IMG/VR virus record: IMGVR_UViG_3300005254_000009
Location: 1-43,824 of that record
Strand: one strand, 5' to 3'
From: a virus
Taxonomy: Duplodnaviria; Caudoviricetes
Length of the DNA: 43,824 nucleotides
Within the stretch, counting starts at the first letter, position 1. Each line of letters begins with the position of its first letter. Shown here in pieces: positions 7,893-16,785 of this stretch. Under the pieces are notes generated by a model. It did no database searches. It had not been told where the DNA came from and saw only the letters and a list, made by a program, of their open reading frames with translations. Position numbers and translations under genes: made by a program.

Positions 7893-8723
7893 GTGAAAGA
7901 CGAAAGCTGGATCAAATTGTACCGTAAGCTCCTCGATAAACCCATCTGGAAAAAGTCGTCTCCTGAGCATAAGACGATTTTGATCACCCTACTTTTGATG
8001 GCAAACCATGAAAAGTCGGAATGGGAATGGATGGGCAAGGAGTTTGAAGTTCTTCCAGGTCAATTTGTAACATCCCTGGAGTCGATCAGGGAACGTGCTG
8101 GAAATGGAATCAGTTTGCAAAATGTTCGCTCGGCGCTGCTTAAATTTCAAAAACTCGGATTTTTAACATACGAATCAACAAAGAGCGGGCGAAAGATAAC
8201 CATTATTAAATGGAGTAGTTACCAATCAAAAGACATAGAAGCCAACAAACACACCAACAAAGAGGTAACAAAGGGGCAACAAAGAGGCAACAAAGAGGTA
8301 ACAACTAACAAGAACGATAAGAACGATAAGAATTGTATTCTTTTTGCGCAGAGTCGAGACGAGCTCGACTCCACGCAGGACGTGTTCCTGGCGATACCGC
8401 TCAAGCCCTCTGACGGCTATGCCGGTATCACCCATGATTTCCTTGCCGAATGGCAGGAGCTTTTCCCGGCCGTGGACGTCAAGCAGGAGCTGCGCCATAT
8501 CCTGGCTTGGAATAACGCCAATCCCAAACGCCGGAAAAGCCGGGGGGGAATCCTCAAGCACATCACCCACTGGCTGACGGATCGACAGGACAAAAGCCGG
8601 AGGAACATCAGCGGCGGATCCCAGACCCCGCGCAACAAAAGCCAGATCCTGTCCGACGGCTCCATGTCCATTGCAGCCTACAACACGCTTAAAGCTGGGG
8701 AGGAGTGGATCAATGAGGGGTGA
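7893..8723 (+). CDS. Phage replication initiator / replisome organiser
   Basis: SWIKLYRKLLD, LLLMANH, GQFVTS wHTH motifs; internal iterons; C-terminal FPAVDVKQEL..I.AW domain; GTG start with SD AGGA. Confidence 0.85.
   Translation: MKDESWIKLYRKLLDKPIWKKSSPEHKTILITLLLMANHEKSEWEWMGKEFEVLPGQFVTSLESIRERAGNGISLQNVRSALLKFQKLGFLTYESTKSGRKITIIKWSSYQSKDIEANKHTNKEVTKGQQRGNKEVTTNKNDKNDKNCILFAQSRDELDSTQDVFLAIPLKPSDGYAGITHDFLAEWQELFPAVDVKQELRHILAWNNANPKRRKSRGGILKHITHWLTDRQDKSRRNISGGSQTPRNKSQILSDGSMSIAAYNTLKAGEEWINEG
8256..8332 (+). repeat. Iteron-like tandem repeats, probable phage replication origin
   Basis: Four contiguous 11-bp AACAAAG[AG]GG[TC] units (8256-8299), followed by AAGAACGAT repeats, inside the initiator gene as in lambda O. 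Confidence 0.75.
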
Positions 8724-9225
8724 AGACAGGCCTGAATTTCGGGATATCCTGGCGGGGATGTCTGAAATTTTCGGCAAAGAGATATCGCGGATCGGCATGC
8801 GCTTCTACTTCGAGGCCCTGAGTGAATTCCCGATTGAGGACGTTCGAAGAGCTGCCGGGGAGGCCATCCGGACGCTGAAATTTTTCCCGAGGCCGGTCGA
8901 ACTGATCGAGCTGATCCGTGGAAGCGACAGGCAGTATGCTGCCGAGGCATGGCGTCTTGTCTGCGAACATGTCCGCTCCGGCAGATGGCGTAGGGACACC
9001 ACCGGCAACCAGGAGCTTGAACAGGCTGTCAGGCTCATGGGGGGATGGTCGAGACTCGGCGGTATGCTGGAGAGTGAGATCCCGTTTCGGGAAAAGGAGT
9101 TCATCGAAAAATTCGAGATCGTTCGGTCCAGTCCGCCGGCTTTGAAACAGGGCGATGTTCTGGGGCAACTCGGATTCAAGCCAAAGCTGATTGACGGACC
9201 GGGACCGAGGAAGGTGGCGAAATGA
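8713..9225 (+). CDS. Putative helicase loader/inhibitor (lambda P-position, DUF6475-like)
   Basis: YFEAL..FP...V, FFPRPVEL, A.EAW..V, AVRLMGGWSRL; directly after the initiator. Confidence 0.7.
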   Translation: MRGEDRPEFRDILAGMSEIFGKEISRIGMRFYFEALSEFPIEDVRRAAGEAIRTLKFFPRPVELIELIRGSDRQYAAEAWRLVCEHVRSGRWRRDTTGNQELEQAVRLMGGWSRLGGMLESEIPFREKEFIEKFEIVRSSPPALKQGDVLGQLGFKPKLIDGPGPRKVAK

Positions 9226-9527
9226 AAATTACCAGACATTTTCGGGACAACTGGAAAGCCCGCGTTGGCGGTCGGGTACCATCCCCGGCCGAGATCACCA
9301 CGATGCTCATGGAGGCGGTTCTGGTCCAGAGGCCGAGGAGTCTCTATCAGCGCAACAAGCGCAATTTCGAGCGGTTCAACCTGCTCGCCTCGTACTGGCA
9401 CCCAGGCCGCGGAGTGGTGCTCAAGATCGACGAGAGCAACGGGGAGCGAGTTGCGGTATCGGTGTTGTCGAGGGCGAACATGAGGCGCGTTGGATTCGGA
9501 GTGCCGGCGCACGCTGAGGGGGAATGA
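9222..9527 (+). CDS. Hypothetical protein
   Basis: 101 aa; ATGA-coupled; TRHFRDNWKARV start. Confidence 0.65.
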   Translation: MKITRHFRDNWKARVGGRVPSPAEITTMLMEAVLVQRPRSLYQRNKRNFERFNLLASYWHPGRGVVLKIDESNGERVAVSVLSRANMRRVGFGVPAHAEGE

Positions 9528-9536
9528 GGGAAGAGT

Positions 9537-9743
9537 ATGGGTCAAGATAAAAACCCGGCAAATGGCGAAGTCGAGGTCTTGCAGGGGCTTTCTGAGATAT
9601 GCGCGGTTGCGAGAACAAACAGGCGACGGGTTCAATCCTGGATCAGGGACAACGGGTTCCCGGCATGGAAGGCCCCCGGTGAAACCTGCTGGAGGGCATT
9701 TCGTCATGACATCCTGGATTGGTTCAAAAATTTTCGGGGCTAA
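9537..9743 (+). CDS. Xis/HTH_17-like winged-HTH protein, candidate late-gene activator
   Basis: LQGLSEIC...RRRVQSWIRDNGFPAWK...WRA....LDWF; last gene before the late region. Confidence 0.7.
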   Translation: MGQDKNPANGEVEVLQGLSEICAVARTNRRRVQSWIRDNGFPAWKAPGETCWRAFRHDILDWFKNFRG

Positions 9744-9757
9744 AATCGCATGTCAAC

Positions 9758-9848
9758 AGTTATTTCCAGGCATCCATAGGCATTTGACAGTCATCCATAG
9801 GCATTTCACAGGCATTTCTGAAAAACGGCAAAAAACCCATGGTACATC
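9758..9848 (+). promoter_or_regulatory. Helically phased direct-repeat array and candidate late promoter
   Basis: AG[GT][CT]AT hexamers at 9758, 9768, 9778, 9789, 9799 and 9810 (10-11 bp period), then an extended -10-like TGgTACATC near 9840-9848. Confidence 0.6.
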
Positions 9849-9953
9849 ACGATCAAGATACCACTGGTTTTTTTTTATCCCTCCCGGGAAACCCAGCCCG
9901 AAGAACAGAAGGAGGTCACATGAACGTCGAGATGACGGGGAGGTTGGCGGTAA

Positions 9954-10340
9954 ATGGTTGATATCACGCCATCTGAGATAGCGTTTGCGACAGCCATTCT
10001 GAGCGCAGGGATAGCCTGGGGAGTGGCCAGAGCCGAGGGGCGGCGGAACGCTATCGAGATTGAGTCCATCAAGCGCCTGATCACGGGATCCAACGGACAG
10101 TCGGTTTTTGTCCTTCGGGCAGAGTGTGAAAACAGTTACGCGGAGGTATGCAGGCGCTCAGATCGCGCCAGCGCGGAAACCAGGCGGATGTTTGAGGCCT
10201 TGGGCCTCAGACTGAGCAGCATGGACGAGAAGAGGGACAAGGCCCGGGAGCAGGATCGGATAGCATTTGAAATGATCCGGACGGATATCAGCCTGATCAA
10301 GCAGCGCATCAGTCTGGTGAATGATCAGGATGGCGACTGA
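9954..10340 (+). CDS. Membrane protein with N-terminal TM and coiled coil (holin-like candidate)
   Basis: IAFATAILSAGIAWGV TM segment; first gene of the late region; SD GGAGG. Confidence 0.6.
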   Translation: MVDITPSEIAFATAILSAGIAWGVARAEGRRNAIEIESIKRLITGSNGQSVFVLRAECENSYAEVCRRSDRASAETRRMFEALGLRLSSMDEKRDKAREQDRIAFEMIRTDISLIKQRISLVNDQDGD

Positions 10341-10346
10341 CAGGGA

Positions 10347-10595
10347 GTGAGGATGAAGGCTTTTTGGGTTCAGATCGGGATAGAGCTGGGAATTCAGTTT
10401 TTGCGGCAGGTGGTTGACTCCGGAGCAGTCGGGGAGATGCTCGATAGGACGGAGGCGAAGATCAGGGAGACCGAAAACAAGGTGGACGATGTTCTGGTGC
10501 TCCCATTCCTGAAGGCGTCCCGGATCGTCCTCTCCGAGCGTAAGGGGGAGATCGCGGTGGGCATCGTGAATGCTGTGAAGAGAACGGGGAATTAG
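10347..10595 (+). CDS. Small hypothetical protein (possible lysis accessory)
   Basis: 82 aa amphipathic; DDVLVLPFLK motif; lies between the TM gene and terS. Confidence 0.6.
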   Translation: MRMKAFWVQIGIELGIQFLRQVVDSGAVGEMLDRTEAKIRETENKVDDVLVLPFLKASRIVLSERKGEIAVGIVNAVKRTGN

Positions 10596-10620
10596 CGAGC
10601 GGAGGGGGAGGAAACCAAGG

Positions 10621-11055
10621 ATGACCGCCAAAGAGCGACATAGGCTGAAATTGCTTGAATACCTTGGAAATCCGGAAAACGAATTTCTTTCACGGGATCG
10701 TTTGTCTGTAGACGTGCTTGGGTTTGTCCACAGGAACACGATCTATAAGTCCTTTTCTCCGGCAGAACTTACGGAAATCGAGAAGGAGGCTCTCGAACTC
10801 CGCCGCAGCAAATACGCCGCATGGTTTGCGCGGGTAGACATGGCCCAAATCCGTAAAGCGATCGACGGCGACGCGGCCGCGGCCAAACTGGTCTATCAGC
10901 GCCTTGAGGGGTGGGTCCCCAAGCAGGCGCAGGAAAATACGGGCGCCAACGGAGGCCCGATCGAGCACAAAATCACCGTGCATCCGGCGGCCCAGGCAAT
11001 CCTGGACAAGATCAAAGCTGATGTCGGTAAGGACAGGGAAGAATCCGGCGAATGA
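10621..11055 (+). CDS. terS: Terminase small subunit (putative)
   Basis: KAIDGD..AAKL...RLEG, TGANGGPIEH C-terminal motif; ATGA-coupled to terL. Confidence 0.75.
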   Translation: MTAKERHRLKLLEYLGNPENEFLSRDRLSVDVLGFVHRNTIYKSFSPAELTEIEKEALELRRSKYAAWFARVDMAQIRKAIDGDAAAAKLVYQRLEGWVPKQAQENTGANGGPIEHKITVHPAAQAILDKIKADVGKDREESGE

Positions 11056-13361
11056 CCCGCATCGAGCGCATCGAACATTACGCCCGGGTCTTGGCCATCG
11101 CCGAGAAAAACGGCTGTGTTCACGAGGTCATGCGGGAGCTTGGCCGGTCGGATCTTTTCTTCCTCTTCACCCGGATCCTCAACCGGCCCGACGGGGACCG
11201 GGATTGGCTCTTTGACCGGTGCAACATGGTGCAGGCGGCCCCGGACGGTTACCTGGATCTTTGGAGCCGGGAACACTTCAAGAGCTCAATCATCACCTTT
11301 GCCCTGACCATCCAGGATATCCTCAACAACCCGGAACTGACGATTGGGATTTTTTCCCACACCAGGCCCATTGCCAAGGGCTTCCTCCGCCAGATCAAGC
11401 GGGAGTTCGAGGACAACGAGCTGCTCAAGAGCCTCTACCCGGAGGTCCTGTATGCCGACCCCCGAAAGGAATCTCCCAAGTGGTCCGAGGACGACGGGCT
11501 CATCGTGCGGCGGACCACAAACCCCAAGGAGGCCACCATCGAGGCCTGGGGTCTGGTCGATGGCCAGCCCACTTCAAAACATTTCGCCCTCATGATCTAC
11601 GACGACGTCGTCACCCGGGAGTCCGTGACGACCCCGGAGATGATCGCCAAGACGACCGATGCCTGGGCCTTGTCGCTCAACCTCTCCTCGGAACAAGGGG
11701 GGCGGATCCGCTACATCGGGACCCGGTATCACGCGAGCGACACCTGGGCGGAGATCCTGCGCCGCGGGGGAGCCGTTGAAAGGCGATATCCCGCCACCGA
11801 CACCGGCAAGCAGGACGGGAACCCCGTTCTGCTGACGCCCGAGCGACTCGCCAAGAAACGGGCGGAAATGGGTCCCTACATATTCGCTTGCCATGGCGCA
11901 GGAACCCTTATCACAATGGCTGATTGGTCCCAGAGACCGATAGAGAACATTTCGGTTGGTGATGAGGTGGTCGGGTGGGCGCACATTGACGGTGGACAAG
12001 CGATACTCACACCGACACGGGTAGTTGCTATCAATTCCAGAAGGGCTCTTGCAGTAAAAAGCACTCTTGAAAATGGCAACGTTCTGATTCACACGCCAGA
12101 CCATAAATGGTGGACCGGGCGGTCCCAGAAGGATGGATCAAGAAAGGCATACTCACCTCTTGGCTTTGGATATGGATTTCAAAAGGGTGTTTGCCAGGTT
12201 ATTGACATCAACTCTGTTTACACAGGGATCATGCCAGAGCACGAACGAGCGGCCGGATACCTTGCGGCTATTGTAGACGGTGAAGGTGGAGTCAGGCACA
12301 GGACACTCCAAATCACCCAAGATCCGGTTCTGCACCCAAAGGTTTGTGACCAGATAGCATGGTGCCTTGATACGCTTGGTTTTGATTATGGGATTTGCAA
12401 CTCAAAGCGTGGAGGAAGGTCCCAGCGCATCTACACAATTCATGGAGGAAGGGATGCCAGGATTCGCTTGATCAACCTCCTTGGAGATCATTTTGGTAAA
12501 CGCAGGCAAGTGATCTCGCAGTGTTATGGTTCTCGCAAGTTTGGAAAAGGATGCAGAGTCGGTCTCGTTGAGCAAGTTCCGTTTGGTGCGATCAAGGTCT
12601 ACAATATCCAGACGGAAACCGGAAATTATATAGCCGGGGGATACGCATCAAAAAACTGCCAAATGTTGCTAAATCCGCTGGCTGACGCGGTCATGGGCTT
12701 CAAGCGGGAGTGGCTCAGGTTCTGGCGGCCGGTCGACTGGACGGGGCTCAACCGCTACATCGTCGCGGACCCGGCATCGGCCAAGAAGAAAGACAGCGAC
12801 TACACTGTTATCGCGGTCATCGGCCTGGGCCGCGATCAGAACTACTACCTCATCGACTTCCTGCGGGACCGTCTCAACCTGACGGAGCGGGCCAATGCGC
12901 TCTTTTACCTACACCAGAGATATCGGCCCCTCGATGTGGGGTACGAGCGGTACGGGATGCAGTCGGACATCGAGCATTTCAACTATCGGATGGACCAGGA
13001 GAACTATCACTTCAACATCACGGAGCTTGGCGGATCGATGCCCAAGAACGACCGGATCCGGAGGCTCGTACCCGCGTTCGAGGGTGGGCGGTTCTTCATC
13101 CCCGAGTTGCTCAACTACAGGGACTACGAGAGGGTTGACCGGAACCTGACGCAGGTTTTCATCGACGAGGAGTTCCTGACCTTTCCCGTGGGCGCGCACG
13201 ACGACATGCTCGACTGTTTCTCCAGAATCCTCGATCCGGACCTTGCAACAACATGGCCCTCGATCGAGGCGGAGCCCGTCGCTTTCACTCAGTCCCAGCA
13301 GGACTGGAATTTCGTCATTGGCAACCCCGGGTATTCCGGGGCCGCCATCAACATCGAATAG
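11052..13361 (+). CDS. terL: Terminase large subunit containing an intein (513 aa after splicing)
   Basis: REHFKS Walker A variant, MIYDD Walker B, IGTRY motif; nuclease domain VADPAS..DYT..HDDMLD. Confidence 0.93.
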   Translation: MTRIERIEHYARVLAIAEKNGCVHEVMRELGRSDLFFLFTRILNRPDGDRDWLFDRCNMVQAAPDGYLDLWSREHFKSSIITFALTIQDILNNPELTIGIFSHTRPIAKGFLRQIKREFEDNELLKSLYPEVLYADPRKESPKWSEDDGLIVRRTTNPKEATIEAWGLVDGQPTSKHFALMIYDDVVTRESVTTPEMIAKTTDAWALSLNLSSEQGGRIRYIGTRYHASDTWAEILRRGGAVERRYPATDTGKQDGNPVLLTPERLAKKRAEMGPYIFACHGAGTLITMADWSQRPIENISVGDEVVGWAHIDGGQAILTPTRVVAINSRRALAVKSTLENGNVLIHTPDHKWWTGRSQKDGSRKAYSPLGFGYGFQKGVCQVIDINSVYTGIMPEHERAAGYLAAIVDGEGGVRHRTLQITQDPVLHPKVCDQIAWCLDTLGFDYGICNSKRGGRSQRIYTIHGGRDARIRLINLLGDHFGKRRQVISQCYGSRKFGKGCRVGLVEQVPFGAIKVYNIQTETGNYIAGGYASKNCQMLLNPLADAVMGFKREWLRFWRPVDWTGLNRYIVADPASAKKKDSDYTVIAVIGLGRDQNYYLIDFLRDRLNLTERANALFYLHQRYRPLDVGYERYGMQSDIEHFNYRMDQENYHFNITELGGSMPKNDRIRRLVPAFEGGRFFIPELLNYRDYERVDRNLTQVFIDEEFLTFPVGAHDDMLDCFSRILDPDLATTWPSIEAEPVAFTQSQQDWNFVIGNPGYSGAAINIE
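11889..12656 (+). mobile_element. Intein (256 aa) with a LAGLIDADG-type endonuclease domain
   Basis: Block A CHGAGTLITMADW; block B TPDH; YLAAIVDGEG; block F VYNIQTETGNYIAGG; ends SKN followed by Cys(+1); exteins rejoin as PYIFA|CQMLLNP; different codon usage from the flanks. Confidence 0.92.
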
Positions 13362-13371
13362 GAGCAATCGA

Positions 13372-13731
13372 ATGGCTGAATTCATTCCGACAATGGGCGG
13401 GAGTTCCCCCGCAATCCACAAGGGGGCCAATGGGTGGCCGATGGACATTGAGGGGGATGTTACCGGAAATATAACAGGAAATGTTGTTGGAAACCTGACC
13501 GGCAACATGACCGGGAACGTCACGGGCGATGTGGTCGGGGATATCACGGGCGATGTGACCGGGATCATCCAGCTCACAAGCTATACCGTCGCGACTCTCC
13601 CGGACGCGGCGCTTGGTATCGGCAAGCTGATCGCGGTGATTGACGGCGATGCCGGAAACCCGTGCCTGGCCTACAGCAACGGGACCGACTGGTTCAGAAT
13701 TGTCTTCGGCGTAGCGGTGGCGGCCGAATGA
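13372..13731 (+). CDS. Small fibre/spike-like virion protein with G[DN][VILM][TV] tetrapeptide repeats
   Basis: Nine repeats (GDVT GNIT GNVV GNLT...), then a YTVATLP...LAYSNGTDW domain seen in phage fibres; SD AGGAG. Confidence 0.65.
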   Translation: MAEFIPTMGGSSPAIHKGANGWPMDIEGDVTGNITGNVVGNLTGNMTGNVTGDVVGDITGDVTGIIQLTSYTVATLPDAALGIGKLIAVIDGDAGNPCLAYSNGTDWFRIVFGVAVAAE

Positions 13732-14018
13732 TCGAGCTCGCCTATTTTGCAGCTGGATGGGCCTCGGCCGTCTCCTCGGTGGCCCTGGGGGGATATCTCG
13801 TCTTCCGAACCAAGCGGGAAACCCACGAGTCGCTTTTCAGCCCGGGCAAGCCCGTTGAGGAGACCGCGATCAATATCGTCGATCCGATGGATATGCCACA
13901 GGATGCCGTGACGGCACCGCAAGAGGTCCAGGCCCGCAACAACGATTTCGTTCACGCCTTTGCCGAGCGTCTTGCCAAAGTACCGGGGGTGCGGCCGGGC
14001 ATACCGGAGGAAAAATAA
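13728..14018 (+). CDS. Hypothetical protein with N-terminal TM
   Basis: MIELAYFAAGWASAVSSVALGGYLVF; ATGA-coupled. Confidence 0.65.
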   Translation: MIELAYFAAGWASAVSSVALGGYLVFRTKRETHESLFSPGKPVEETAINIVDPMDMPQDAVTAPQEVQARNNDFVHAFAERLAKVPGVRPGIPEEK

Positions 14019-14386
14019 TGGCCGGATATGACGTAATCTGCCCGCAGTGCCGGGAAAGCTATCACGAAACCACCGACACCTACACGCCGGACACCCTTGC
14101 CGAACCGCACATGGTCCGGCTGAAGAAGCGATACCAGGAGCAGGGATGGTCCACCTTCAGTCCTCACGCATACGGCTACGGGTGCATGGAGTGCCCGGAT
14201 TGCGGCGCGGCCTACGCCCCGAGCGGACACCTTACCGTTGTTGCCAGGCTGGACGAGAAGGAGAACCAGGAGCACCAGAGCCCCCCGGCCGAGGAGGAAG
14301 CTCTCCCGGCGAAAAAGGCGGATGCAGATCCCACCGGCAAGCCCCTCGTCGTGAAGAAGCCAGGATCGAGGCGGAGAAGAGGATAA
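14018..14386 (+). CDS. Zinc-binding hypothetical protein
   Basis: CPQC...CMECPDC; SD GGAGG; TAATG coupling. Confidence 0.7.
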   Translation: MAGYDVICPQCRESYHETTDTYTPDTLAEPHMVRLKKRYQEQGWSTFSPHAYGYGCMECPDCGAAYAPSGHLTVVARLDEKENQEHQSPPAEEEALPAKKADADPTGKPLVVKKPGSRRRRG

Positions 14387-14440
14387 TCCCACCTATGGGC
14401 GTGATCGAATTTGACCAGAACACGGATTGATGGAGGGGCG

Positions 14441-16360
14441 ATGAGCGACAACACTTGGTCACTGACCAATCCTCCTCCAAAGGGACATGCGGATGTCGGT
14501 CCGTGGGCGTGGGAGCTTTTCCAGACGGCGAAACTTGAGCGGAAGCGCCTCTTCCTGGAAGAGCGGTGGAAGGCCAACTACCGTCTTTACCGCGGCGACC
14601 ACGGACAGGCTGCCAGGGGCCGGGCGTTCACCCCGATCAACCTGTACTTCGCCAACGTCGAGCGCACCAAGGCCAACATCACGGCCCGGAAGCCGGTTGC
14701 CCAGGTTCGGGATGTCGACGGCACGGGGGATGAGGCGGAACAGGTCCTGTCGGCCAAGGTAGCGGCATGGTGGTCCGACACCAAGCAGCAGTCCAAGTTG
14801 AAAGCGTCCTGCCTGTCAAACGAGATCAACGGGGTTACCATCGAAAAGGCGGTTTGGGAGTCCGGCGCCGGCCGGCCGAATACCGTCGTCGTGGATCCGT
14901 TCGCGTGGTTTCCGGCGCCGGGATACTGGGAGGACATCAGCACGGATCTCCCGTACCAGTGCCATGCCGTTCCCGAGGTGGTCGAGTTCGTTGAGCGGCA
15001 ATACGAGGTGGAGCCCGGGTCGGTGCAGGCGGACGACGTCTACACCATCATGGGAGAGGACCGGGAGCAATTTAGACCGGCAATCGCCCTTTCCCGGACG
15101 ATCCCCGGGGGTGTTTCCAGAGTGGACGGCGGGGCCGTCCTCACGTCGGGTTCGACAACGGACGCTGGCGGTGGAAGGTGGCGGGAGCGCCGCGCGCTTG
15201 TCGTCGAGGTCTGGGTCAAGGATTTCACGGAGGAGGATGCCCCCGGCCGAGAAACCATCATCGTCGACGGGGATGCGGGCGGTCCGGAGCCTCCGCAAAG
15301 GAAGCGGGTCTATCCGGACGGGATCCGCGTCATCACCGTGACGAACAACGGCGGCCTCGTCCTGGACGACAAACCAAATCCGAATCTCAACCATGAGCTG
15401 CTCGATACCGGGTGCATGGCCTGGGGAAGGTTCCCGTTCTACAAGGCCAATTCCTACGAGGACCCGATCAGTATTTGGGGCTTCTCAGCCGCGGAACAGA
15501 CGGCGGACCTCAACGAGCGGATCAACGAGCTTTTCAGCAAGATCATCGCCTATGTTTTGCGGTCCATGTCTCCCCCGCTTGTTATTCCCAGGGATACAGG
15601 AATCACGCCGGCGATGGTCAACAACAAGCCCGGGCTGATCCTCAGACCGCACAACGTCAACGTGGCGTCCGGGATCCGGTTTGTGCCGGTGCCGTCGCTT
15701 TCTCCGGATATCTTCAGGGTCCTCGATCTCCTGATCGAGTTCCACGACCGGATTTACCAGATCGAGGACGCAGATCGAGGCGAGCGGCCAACCGGCGTTA
15801 TAGCGGCATCTGCCATTGTCGCTTTGCAGGAGCGCAACGCCGCGCTGATCCAGTACAAGATCAACGCCATGGATCACTTGATTGAGATGCGCGGCAGGTG
15901 GGCAATCAGCTTCTGGCAAAACTTCGGCCTCGATGTTGAGCCGATCCAGATCAAGGGGGACGAGCCCGCGATGTTCAGGGGGATCGACTATGCCGGGCGG
16001 AACTTCAGCTACGTGGTTGAATCCGGGTCAACCGTGCCCAAAACGACCATGCAGACGGAAGAGCAGGCCAAGGAGTTCTACAAGGCGGGCGTCATCGATC
16101 GGCAGGCCCTCCTTGAGACCGTCAACTTCCCCGGGTGGAAGGAGATCGTCGAGCGCGTCGGGGAAGGCCAGCTCGGCCAGGCGCTTCAGGTCCTCGTTCA
16201 GGCGGGCTTACCCGCGGAGGTTGCGGCGGAGCTTCAGACTTTTCTCATGCAGCCCCAGGGAGGACCGGGGAACCGACCGCAGGCGCCGCAGGCAACAGGC
16301 CCAGGGGTACAGAAAATCCAGCCCGGTGTGCCAAGAGCACACCAGGGATCCATCCGATAG
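14441..16360 (+). CDS. Portal protein (P22-like)
   Basis: About 640 aa between terL and scaffold/capsid; helical regions DLNERINELFS, G....AASAI..LQE; Q/P-rich C-terminal tail. Confidence 0.82.
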   Translation: MSDNTWSLTNPPPKGHADVGPWAWELFQTAKLERKRLFLEERWKANYRLYRGDHGQAARGRAFTPINLYFANVERTKANITARKPVAQVRDVDGTGDEAEQVLSAKVAAWWSDTKQQSKLKASCLSNEINGVTIEKAVWESGAGRPNTVVVDPFAWFPAPGYWEDISTDLPYQCHAVPEVVEFVERQYEVEPGSVQADDVYTIMGEDREQFRPAIALSRTIPGGVSRVDGGAVLTSGSTTDAGGGRWRERRALVVEVWVKDFTEEDAPGRETIIVDGDAGGPEPPQRKRVYPDGIRVITVTNNGGLVLDDKPNPNLNHELLDTGCMAWGRFPFYKANSYEDPISIWGFSAAEQTADLNERINELFSKIIAYVLRSMSPPLVIPRDTGITPAMVNNKPGLILRPHNVNVASGIRFVPVPSLSPDIFRVLDLLIEFHDRIYQIEDADRGERPTGVIAASAIVALQERNAALIQYKINAMDHLIEMRGRWAISFWQNFGLDVEPIQIKGDEPAMFRGIDYAGRNFSYVVESGSTVPKTTMQTEEQAKEFYKAGVIDRQALLETVNFPGWKEIVERVGEGQLGQALQVLVQAGLPAEVAAELQTFLMQPQGGPGNRPQAPQATGPGVQKIQPGVPRAHQGSIR

Positions 16361-16372
16361 GGGGAGATTGAA

Positions 16373-16681
16373 ATGCCGCTTTATTCCTACGAGTGCAAGG
16401 CCTGCGGGTGCGAATTCGATACGATGTGCACCATTTCCCTTTGCGACAACTTCAAACCGCCCTGCCCTGATTGCGAGAGCCGGGATGTGAAAAAGATCAT
16501 CACCCCCGGACATGGCGGGGTTCACGGGGACGAGCCCTCGTGGATCAACCAGGACCTCCGGGATGTCCTCCAGGCGGACGGAGAGCGCCCGGTGACGAGC
16601 CGAACCGAGCTCAAACGCTACATGGACGAGAATGGGATCGTCCACAAGGATGGCGGCGGCAACAACCTGATGATGTTGTAG
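16373..16681 (+). CDS. FmdB-like zinc-ribbon protein
   Basis: MPLYSYECKACG...CPDCES.DVKKII, the FmdB signature. Confidence 0.85.
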   Translation: MPLYSYECKACGCEFDTMCTISLCDNFKPPCPDCESRDVKKIITPGHGGVHGDEPSWINQDLRDVLQADGERPVTSRTELKRYMDENGIVHKDGGGNNLMML

Positions 16682-16785
16682 CAGTGCCCCCACGAGCGAG
16701 GCGTTGATTTAAACGAAGCCAACCACAAATCCAAAACCGATTGACGCGGACAACCGCCAGACGGCGGCCCGCAGGAGGCAAACCA

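Noticed and set aside
8256-9818. Short repeat arrays as a CRISPR or mini-array
   Set aside because: Contiguous 10-11 bp units without unique spacers and no cas genes; better explained as iterons and regulator sites.
8805-9981. 300-aa minus ORF 8805-9707 and 163-aa plus ORF 9490-9981
   Set aside because: They overlap well-supported coupled genes and the repeat array; no motifs.
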